In this document: piece by piece, positions 56,357 to 64,000 of the stretch | How the letters are laid out: each line of letters opens with the position of its first letter | Numbering within the stretch: position 1 is the stretch's first letter | DNA from: Spirochaetia bacterium | Lineage (GTDB): Bacteria; Spirochaetota; Spirochaetia; CADAEX01 | Direction: 5' to 3' | Assembly (NCBI GenBank): GCA_963662795.1 | Contig: OY759746.1 | Location: forward strand, 384,001 to 448,000 | Length of the DNA: 64,000 nt | The notes under the pieces: generated by a model | What the model was told of the DNA's origin: nothing | Databases searched by the model: none | What the model saw: the letters and a program-made list of their open reading frames with translations, nothing else | Program-made: the position numbers and the translations under genes

Positions 56357-56734
56357 TTAGTCCTTTGACACAACAGCAATAAAATCATTCTTAAGCGGGG
56401 GTTGAGTATAAAATTCAATAAATCTTACTTCATTATTACTTTTATTATAAATTAAATGTCGTTCTTTTGCGGGAATAAATATAATATCACCAGCTTTAAC
56501 ACTATATTCTTTCCCTTCAACAATTTCGATTGCCTCGCCACTTAAAATAATTAAAACAGACTCTCTGTCTTTATGATAATGGTAAGGAACCCCAGAACCC
56601 GCACTCAGTAAACCAAACATTCCACCAAGTGATTTAGCACAATCTTCCTCAGTAAGAACCTCGGGCCTATAAGTGGGTTTCTCTGAATCTGGATTTTTTA
56701 TATTTATAAGTTCTTCAAACCTATATATCTTCAT
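56357..56734 (-). CDS. Cupin domain protein
   Basis: PYHYH..E..LSGE and GDIIFIPAKERH. Confidence 0.88.
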   Translation of the reverse strand: MKIYRFEELINIKNPDSEKPTYRPEVLTEEDCAKSLGGMFGLLSAGSGVPYHYHKDRESVLIILSGEAIEIVEGKEYSVKAGDIIFIPAKERHLIYNKSNNEVRFIEFYTQPPLKNDFIAVVSKD

Positions 56735-56744
56735 AAATAATTCC

Positions 56745-57515
56745 CTATATATCTTCTGAATTAATAATCTTAATAGCTTCTTTTAATTTACGTCGAAGGA
56801 AAGGAACTATGTGTATTGATAATATTTTTGCTCCTTTTTTTATCCAATAAATTCCTTCAATTTCATCTGTTGCAAGCATTAAGGGTATTCCAGCTGCAAT
56901 AGTTACATCTGCTACTTTTTCGATTGCTTTTTGAACTTCAGCATCTTTTGTATTCCCTTTACATCCCATAGACATTGATAAATCATTTCTTCCGATAAAA
57001 ACGGCCTCCACTCCTTCAACTTTTACGATAGAATTAATATTTTCTACTCCTTCGTAATCTTCAATTTGAATGATAACCATTGTTTCATCATTTGATTTAT
57101 CTACATATTCGATAGAATTCATTCCAACATATCCAGGAGCCCTAGCCGTCATAGCCATCCCCCTGATTCCAACAGGGGGATACTTAACATACGATACAAT
57201 ATTTTTAGCATCTTCTTGTGTTTTTACATGTGGACATATAATTCCCATAACACCAGTATCCATAGTTCGAAGTATTATTTCTGGTCTCGATACAGGAATT
57301 CTGGCTAGAGGAGTTATCCCTGTCACTTCACAGGCACGAACAAGATCTTCAATTTGTCCGAGTTCTAAACTGCCATGCTCAGAATCAAAACATATAGCAT
57401 CAACATTACAATAACCTATAAGTTCTGTAAGACCTGTTGAATAAAAAGGCTGCATAATACTAACGCAAAGCTGTCCACTTGAAAGTTTTTCTTTAAATAA
57501 ATTTTTTTTAAGCAT
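56745..57515 (-). CDS. HpcH/HpaI (GarL-like) class II aldolase
   Basis: DSEHG, ARIP, YPPVGIRG, QIE, FIGRNDL. Confidence 0.92.
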   Translation of the reverse strand: MLKKNLFKEKLSSGQLCVSIMQPFYSTGLTELIGYCNVDAICFDSEHGSLELGQIEDLVRACEVTGITPLARIPVSRPEIILRTMDTGVMGIICPHVKTQEDAKNIVSYVKYPPVGIRGMAMTARAPGYVGMNSIEYVDKSNDETMVIIQIEDYEGVENINSIVKVEGVEAVFIGRNDLSMSMGCKGNTKDAEVQKAIEKVADVTIAAGIPLMLATDEIEGIYWIKKGAKILSIHIVPFLRRKLKEAIKIINSEDI

Positions 57516-57561
57516 AAATACCCCTAAGCAATATAATTTTTATTGAATAACTTTAAAACAA

Positions 57562-58650
57562 TTAACACAGTATGATTTGACAGGGATTAACTGCATTATA
57601 TTTTTCTTTATTCCCTGTTATTTCAAAGGCCTCCTTTAATTTTTCTATTCCATAAAGTTCATGTGTAATAAAATGTTTTATATCAATTCTATTGTTTTCA
57701 ACCCATTCAGCACCTATCCTCATAGTTTCTTTACCATGACCTTTAGTAAAAATCCATTTTATTCCTTTAACACGCAATATATCCGGATCTGTATTCACTA
57801 CACCAATTAAAGCTGCAATCTGAACAACACTTCCACCGTAACTTACCATTTTAAAAGCCTGATGAAGTGTTGTGTGACCAGCAAGGCCTTGATCAGGATG
57901 TCCTCCTGCACATTCAAAAACAATGTCCACTCCTTTTCCATGAGTCAATTCCATAATTCTTTCAACAGGGTCTACTTCTTTTGCATTGATACAGGCATCT
58001 GCCATATATTTTTTACTAAATGATAAAGCTTGATCTCTAACATCTATTACATAAACAGCACCAGCACCTGAGATTCTTGCTGCCTGCAACATATAAAGCC
58101 CCATTACTCCTTGTCCTGTAATTACAACACTTTGTCCCGGTTTTATTTCAGCATCCCTTATTCCAGCTACCGTTGTTGATAATGGTTGTAAACATACAAT
58201 TGAAGCATCATCCATATTTAAAGGAGGTTTATAGAGTGAATTTTCAGGTAATGAAACAAACTCTGCAAATGCTCCAGGAATCGTAATTCCAACATGCAAT
58301 TTTTTTGTACACCATGAATCATAACCAGAAAAACAATTATAACATGAATCACAAGAAGCATGCCCCGTGGTACATACTATATCCCCAATCTTATATTTTT
58401 TTACTCCTTCGCCAACATCAACAACTTCTGCGCTCATTTCATGTCCAAGTAATTGTACTGGAGCCTGTTTTTCAATTATCTTTTTCATTTCATCTATACC
58501 CATTGTTGCTATACCAATTGCACGTTGGGCATCTGTTATACTTGGTTGAACTCTTCTCACTTTACATAATACCCAACCAGGTTTTACTTCTGGGATTGGT
58601 ATTTCATCAAGACGCATATCTCCAAATCCATAAAAACGCCATGCTTTCAT
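57562..58650 (-). CDS. MDR-family (zinc-binding) dehydrogenase
   Basis: GHE, structural-zinc CDSCYNC..C, GQGVMG. Confidence 0.9.
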   Translation of the reverse strand: MKAWRFYGFGDMRLDEIPIPEVKPGWVLCKVRRVQPSITDAQRAIGIATMGIDEMKKIIEKQAPVQLLGHEMSAEVVDVGEGVKKYKIGDIVCTTGHASCDSCYNCFSGYDSWCTKKLHVGITIPGAFAEFVSLPENSLYKPPLNMDDASIVCLQPLSTTVAGIRDAEIKPGQSVVITGQGVMGLYMLQAARISGAGAVYVIDVRDQALSFSKKYMADACINAKEVDPVERIMELTHGKGVDIVFECAGGHPDQGLAGHTTLHQAFKMVSYGGSVVQIAALIGVVNTDPDILRVKGIKWIFTKGHGKETMRIGAEWVENNRIDIKHFITHELYGIEKLKEAFEITGNKEKYNAVNPCQIILC

Positions 58651-58713
58651 TTTATTACCTTCTATTATTTTAAAAAATTAATTCATACAAAATAATTAAA
58701 GAGCGGATATTTT

Positions 58714-59718
58714 TTATTGCTTATTCACTTCTACAATTGATCTTGTTTTAGCAGATTTTACTATTGCTTCAATTACTGCTACAGCATTTAAACCTACCTC
58801 ACCAGTAACTTCTGGAATTTCTCCAGTTTGAATGCATCTTCCGAATTCTTCCATTTCTTCCTGTAATGAAGAAATTCTCTGAGCATCTGCATCAGGTAAG
58901 GAAAATCTATTTAAGACCTCTTCACCTTTTTTCTGGAATGAAACAGATCCTCCCTCTTCATCAATATAAAGAACTCCTTTTGTTCCATGAATTTGAAAAG
59001 TATTTCTATCTGGGGTTATAAAACTTCCCCCGACATATCCTAGAGCACCATTCTCGAACTCGACAACAGCAACGGCAACATCATCTGTTTCTGCAGGACC
59101 ACAAATTTTATTAATAAATGAACTAACCTTTTTTACTGATCCAATTAAATTATTCATATTATCAGTACAGTGCACAGTAAAACTGGTAAGAGGTCCTCCA
59201 GGACTTTCACTACGGTAATATCTCCATATTTCTGGAGTAAGACGCATTCCAAGATCCCCTGTCGAAGAAGCTTCTACAAGGATTATTCTTCCTACAGATC
59301 CATTTTTAATTAACTCTTCAGCTTTTCTGTAACGCGCCATTCTCCGAGAATTATGACCCACCATTAACACCACACCATTAGTGTTAGCTGCTTCAATCAT
59401 TTTTTTACAATCAAGAGTATCCAATGCCATTGGTTTTTCCACATATATATGTTTCCCACTATTTGCAGCTGAAATTGCTTGCGTTGCATGCATTGTATTT
59501 GGGGTAGTAATAATTACAGCGTCAATATTTTTATCATTTAATATATCGTTATAATTATTTGTTGATGAACATCGGTACTTATTAACAAAAGAAGTTCTTT
59601 TCTCCTCAGATCCTGAACAGCAAGAGACAATATCAATTCTTTCACTTTTTTGAGTTGCATCTGCTAACATATTAGCCCACCAACCCAAACCGATAAAAGC
59701 TACTCTGACCTTATTCAT
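58714..59718 (-). CDS. Gfo/Idh/MocA oxidoreductase
   Basis: IGLGWWA, TPNTMH, VEKP. Confidence 0.92.
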   Translation of the reverse strand: MNKVRVAFIGLGWWANMLADATQKSERIDIVSCCSGSEEKRTSFVNKYRCSSTNNYNDILNDKNIDAVIITTPNTMHATQAISAANSGKHIYVEKPMALDTLDCKKMIEAANTNGVVLMVGHNSRRMARYRKAEELIKNGSVGRIILVEASSTGDLGMRLTPEIWRYYRSESPGGPLTSFTVHCTDNMNNLIGSVKKVSSFINKICGPAETDDVAVAVVEFENGALGYVGGSFITPDRNTFQIHGTKGVLYIDEEGGSVSFQKKGEEVLNRFSLPDADAQRISSLQEEMEEFGRCIQTGEIPEVTGEVGLNAVAVIEAIVKSAKTRSIVEVNKQ

Positions 59719-59733
59719 TATGCTTTTCCTTTA

Positions 59734-61239
59734 TTAATGGATTTTTTTAATTTTCTTAATAACAAAACTAAAATAGGGACTAACAATTACAAAAATTGTC
59801 ATTATCAAAAAAAAACATGAAAGAGGCCTATTGAAAAAATCCCAAACATTGCCATATGATAAAATTAATGCCTGCCTGAAATTAATCTCAATAAGTTTCC
59901 CCAAGATAAATCCCAATATTAGTGGAGGAACAGGAATTCTAATCTTATTCATTAAATATCCACCAATTCCAGAAAATATTAATATCCAGATATCGAAAAT
60001 AGAATTCCGAACACTATATGTACCAACAATTGCCAAACATAAAATCATGCTCACTAGAAATGCTCTTGGCAATGTAATAACTTTAGCAAAATATTTTGCA
60101 CCAAAAAGACCAAAACATAGAAAAATAAAATTACTTAAAAACATTAAAATAAAAATTGCTGAAACTAAATCCATATGATTCTTAAAAAGCATTGGTCCAG
60201 GTGATAATCCATGAAGCATTAATGCTCCGATCAAAATAGCAGTTACAACGTCACCAGGTATACCTAATGTCATCATTGGAATCATGGCACCTCCAGTAGC
60301 CGCATTATTTGCACTTTCCGGACCTACTATGCCTCTCGGTTCACCCTTACCAAAATTTTCAGGATTTTTTGCCAGACGTTTTTCAACTCCATAACTTATT
60401 ATGGAAGCAATAGTACCTCCTGTTGCTGGAACGGCACCAATGAAAACACCAATTATTGATCCTCTTATTACTGTCCCAAACATTTTCTTTATCATATTAA
60501 AACTAGGAAGAGTTCTATTGATTTTTGACAATATATTAACTTTTTCTTTTCTACCTTCGATCATTTTTAATACTTCTGCGATACCAAAAACACCTACCAT
60601 GATAGGAATCATTTCAAGGCCACCAAGTAATTCAATATTCCCATAGGAAAATCTTGAATATCCTTCTACAGGATCCATCCCTATTGTCGACAATAAGAGA
60701 CCAAGAAAACCACTAATAAATCCTTTCAGCATTGATCCTGTACTGATATATGCAATTACGCTGATTCCAAAAATGCATACCGCAAAATATTCATGGGCAC
60801 TAAACTGCAGAGCAAATTTAGCGATTAAAGGTGCAAAAAATGCCAAAAAGAATACACTAATAATACCACCGATAAATGAGGATGTAGTTGCTAAACCTAT
60901 TGCTCTTTCCGCCTCTCCATTTACTGCCATAGGATGTCCATCTATGCGTGTCATAACAGCAGCTGGAGTTCCTGGAATATTAATTAATATTGCACTAATT
61001 GAACCACCATATATAGAACCACAATAAACACCTAACAATAAAGCAAAAGCCATGTAAGTATCCATTGCAAATGTTAACGGAGTAAAAATTGCAACACCAA
61101 TTGTTGCTGACAAACCTGGAATAACACCAAAAACCATTCCTATTGCTGTTCCAGCAATAAGAACAAGCAATATATCTGGTTGTAATATATTTAGTAGTCC
61201 AGCTGAATATAAACTTAAAACATTTACACTTTCAAACAA
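59734..61239 (-). CDS. tctA: Tripartite tricarboxylate transporter large subunit
   Basis: GVIPGL, GSIYGGSISAILINIPGTP, PESANNA, TLGIPG; probable TTG start at 61239 after GGAG. Confidence 0.93.
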   Translation of the reverse strand: MFESVNVLSLYSAGLLNILQPDILLVLIAGTAIGMVFGVIPGLSATIGVAIFTPLTFAMDTYMAFALLLGVYCGSIYGGSISAILINIPGTPAAVMTRIDGHPMAVNGEAERAIGLATTSSFIGGIISVFFLAFFAPLIAKFALQFSAHEYFAVCIFGISVIAYISTGSMLKGFISGFLGLLLSTIGMDPVEGYSRFSYGNIELLGGLEMIPIMVGVFGIAEVLKMIEGRKEKVNILSKINRTLPSFNMIKKMFGTVIRGSIIGVFIGAVPATGGTIASIISYGVEKRLAKNPENFGKGEPRGIVGPESANNAATGGAMIPMMTLGIPGDVVTAILIGALMLHGLSPGPMLFKNHMDLVSAIFILMFLSNFIFLCFGLFGAKYFAKVITLPRAFLVSMILCLAIVGTYSVRNSIFDIWILIFSGIGGYLMNKIRIPVPPLILGFILGKLIEINFRQALILSYGNVWDFFNRPLSCFFLIMTIFVIVSPYFSFVIKKIKKIH

Positions 61240-61252
61240 ATTACTTCTCCTT

Positions 61253-61702
61253 TTATAATTTCCATTGAGGTAAAGGAACATTTAATCCAATAGCAAAAAT
61301 TAAATAAATAACAACTGTCATTGAAAATGCAATTATAAATGATATCTTATTTTTAGCAGCCATTATCTTCATTACTATGAATATTATTAAAGGAGTTGTA
61401 ATTAAAAAACCTATTCTCTTAAGTAGTATTAGATATATTAAAATGATTACTACTAAAAACAATGGCATCTCAATCTGCTTAAAAGTAATTTTTTCCTTTT
61501 CAATATCAGTATTTTTTCTAATTTTAAAAATACCAATAACAATAAGTAACAAAGACAAAACAGCAAGTACAGCAGAGTAGAGACCAGGCATAAGACGTGG
61601 CCCCATACCTGCTGTTATTCCCGCTGATGGAAAATCTTTAATTAAAAAAAAAGTTAAAAATGAAAGACTCATGAAAAAAATTCCAGATAATAGATCTAAC
61701 AT
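61253..61702 (-). CDS. tctB: Tripartite tricarboxylate transporter small subunit
   Basis: Four TMs; GPRLMP, IGFLI, LNVPLP. Confidence 0.88.
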   Translation of the reverse strand: MLDLLSGIFFMSLSFLTFFLIKDFPSAGITAGMGPRLMPGLYSAVLAVLSLLLIVIGIFKIRKNTDIEKEKITFKQIEMPLFLVVIILIYLILLKRIGFLITTPLIIFIVMKIMAAKNKISFIIAFSMTVVIYLIFAIGLNVPLPQWKL

Positions 61703-61707
61703 TTTTA

Positions 61708-62670
61708 TTATTTCTCCATAGTTGATGCTAATATTGGCATCATTCTTTCTCCGTATGAATTATATTTTTTTGTAAATTCTTCTCTTCCAAGAAAATCATT
61801 GGTAATTTTGTTTTTTTCCAAAAAGGCAATATATCTTGGATCTTTAGAGACTTCTGTAAAAGCCTTTTCCAATATTTCAATTCTTTCTATTGGCGTTCCA
61901 ACTGGAGCAATAATACCTCGGAAATTTCCAAGAGAAATATCTTTTCCTATTGATTCTTTTATTGTGGATATATCTGAAAAATATGAATCTCTTTTAGGTG
62001 CACCAAGTGCCAATATTCTCAACTTCCCAGTATCAAGTACATTTGTCATATCACCGATTGATACTGAAGTAGCATCTATATGATTACCAAGCAATGCTGT
62101 TACCGCATTCCCACCTCCCTGAAAAGGAACCGGAAGTAATTCTACATTAGCCTCTTTATTAAATGCCAATGCAGCAACATGCCATGTTCCACCAGTTCCT
62201 GAATTACCCGTTCGAACCTCTTTTGGATGTGCCTTGACATATGCATAAAATTCTGGAAAAGTTTTCCATTGAGAATCTGAATTAACAGTTATTGCAAAAT
62301 AATCTTCAGTAAGACTCACGATTGGTTCAAATTTTTTATAATCTACAGCACCTTTTGTTGTATGTGTTACGCCAAATATTGATGCAGATTCAACACCAAT
62401 GGTATAACCATCTGGATTCGCTTCCTGCAATTCCTTCATTCCTACAGATGTTCCCCCTCCAGGCTTGTTTTCTGCAATTATTGGTACTCCAAGTTTCTCT
62501 GATAAAATTGGTTTTAACATCTCAATCATAACAGGTCCCAACCCACCTGGTGCCCATGGAACAATAATTCTAATCGCTTTACTTGGATATTGTTCTTCTG
62601 TTGTTCCATTTGCACTTAGTGAAAAAACAACAAGAAAAGAAATCAAAACACATAAAATTATCTTTCTCAT
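61708..62670 (-). CDS. tctC: Tripartite tricarboxylate transporter substrate-binding protein
   Basis: Signal peptide; YPSKAIRIIVPWAPGG, NKPGGG, PDGYT, PFQGG. Confidence 0.93.
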   Translation of the reverse strand: MRKIILCVLISFLVVFSLSANGTTEEQYPSKAIRIIVPWAPGGLGPVMIEMLKPILSEKLGVPIIAENKPGGGTSVGMKELQEANPDGYTIGVESASIFGVTHTTKGAVDYKKFEPIVSLTEDYFAITVNSDSQWKTFPEFYAYVKAHPKEVRTGNSGTGGTWHVAALAFNKEANVELLPVPFQGGGNAVTALLGNHIDATSVSIGDMTNVLDTGKLRILALGAPKRDSYFSDISTIKESIGKDISLGNFRGIIAPVGTPIERIEILEKAFTEVSKDPRYIAFLEKNKITNDFLGREEFTKKYNSYGERMMPILASTMEK

Positions 62671-62710
62671 AACAGTTTTCTCCTTGATCTAATAAAGATC
62701 TCTAAATTAG

Positions 62711-62767
62711 TGATAGTAATGTTATAACATCTATAACAACTATATCATCACATTTTATCACTGTCAA
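62711..62767 (-). promoter_or_regulatory. tct operon promoter with an adjacent GntR-type operator
   Basis: TTGACA-N17-TATAGT (62767-62739) followed by TGTTATAG and ATGTTATAACAT. Confidence 0.7.
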
Positions 62768-63350
62768 CAAATTATTTTATCAAAAGACAATAGAATTTTT
62801 ATTTATTTGTGTTGGGTAATGTGAATTATTTTTTAGTGTTATTATAAAATAAATTAGTATAAGTGTTATATTCAATAACCCCGATAGTCCTTACCCTTAT
62901 TAGTGCAAAATTTAGGCGAGAAATCATACCTGTTATACCCACTTTAGACCTCAAGGTCTTCATATCTTCAGGTAGATCTCTCGCCCAGGAACTCTCTCTA
63001 CAAATAGTGACAAGGATCAAGAGTCCTTAATTCCGTCATAAACCCCTTAAATATAATCTGTCAAGTCAGGGTCCATTATTCCTTTTCACCCGTTTCTCCA
63101 GAACATTCTTCCGAACAATTATTTTCCTGATCTCCACAATGTGCCCCTGGTGTTTTGTTATGGAGATCTGGATCTCCCCATATTCAAGCGCGGGCTCATC
63201 AATTTCAGACACATTCCCTCCCAGTTGTATTTAAAAAAATTAATATCTTAATAAAATCTGTAACTTCATGTAGATACACTTGTTATTGTTATATACTTTT
63301 TCAATAGCCTTCGGGCTATGCAGTTTCTCCTATTTTCTGTTTTTTGCTAC

Positions 63351-63377
63351 TGCGACCGGCCTCATAAGCCGGTCGCC
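63351..63377. terminator. GC-rich hairpin after a truncated minus-strand ORF
   Basis: GCGACCGGC/GCCGGTCGC stem just downstream of a reading frame ending ..FIRKYERLRQ*. Confidence 0.45.
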
Positions 63378-63488
63378 TCTTTACTGCCTCAGGCGCTCAT
63401 ACTTCCTGATAAAGCTTATCGCATCATTCTCACTTGTGAACGTGAACTCAACAACGTACTGGTAATCATCTGTGCCGGCAATGTATAA

Positions 63489-64000
63489 TGGACCCGTGCT
63501 TTAGGCCAGCGACTTAAGTTTGGTGTATCCTATAAATACGGAGATTTTTGTGTCAAAGAAAAGAAGGGAATTTAGCAACGGATTAAAATTCACAATCGTA
63601 TTAGAAGCGATTAAAGGTCAGCGACAAATATCAGAAATTGCTGCTGAATATAATGTGCATCCAAATCAAATAACGACTTGGAAAAAACAGTTTATAGCTA
63701 ATGGAGCTGGTGTCTTTGGAGTAAAATCTGATGATAATACACAAGAGCTTGAAAACACTCAGGAAGACTTATTCAAGAAAATTGGTCAGCAGCAATATGA
63801 AATTGACTGGTTGAAAAAACTTGAACCGATTGGAATCATGGAGAAAAGAAAAATGATTGCGCCTGAACCAAAAATTAGCTTGTCGCGTCAGTGTGAATTG
63901 ATAAAACTTTCTCGAAGTTCACTGTATTATAATCCCAGATCTGCATCCGATAAAAATTTGGGCATTATGAAACGGCTTGATGAAATATATACAGACAATC
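63489..64000 (+). mobile_element. IS3-family element, partial (runs off the window); ORF from GTG at 63550
   Basis: OrfA-like VLEAIKG..HPNQITTWKK..KIGQ..EIDWLKK continuing into OrfB-like SLSRQCEL..SRSSLYY; probable left end TGGACCC. Confidence 0.85.

Noticed and set aside
62826-63240. Short ORFs and IR-like fragments (GGGTCCA near 63070)
   Set aside because: Probably IS debris, but too degraded to assign a family

Overview
This is a chromosomal window from a spirochaete; the 16S sequence carries Spirochaetota signatures. Left end (0.7-8 kb): an MrfA/YprA helicase with an MrfB/YprB exonuclease, a TIM-barrel isomerase, and a metal-type ABC operon whose ATPase is fused to a DUF1893 domain. From 8 to 29 kb is an AT-rich accessory region with several sensor kinases, small cassette-like ORFs separated by a family of ~60-bp att-like repeats, and many IS elements (IS256, IS1182, two IS4, IS3 nested in IS30). 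It ends in an inactivated integron integrase. A full minus-strand rRNA operon follows (16S, tRNA-Ala, 23S, 5S). Right half: a FadR-controlled cluster (enolase-superfamily dehydratase, 2-hydroxycarboxylate transporter, LeuCD-like hydratase), AKR, MscS, rubrerythrin-VIT1, a uridine-kinase-like protein, an attC-flanked hemerythrin cassette, IS66, an HD-GYP protein, a second IS256 relic, a decayed tyrosine recombinase, a GntR-controlled TctABC catabolic operon with a visible operator, and a partial IS3. Best leads: the non-canonical att-like repeat array beside intI, the DUF1893-ABC fusion, and two catabolic clusters whose enzymes have substituted active-site motifs. All calls come from recognising motifs by eye; no database searches were run.
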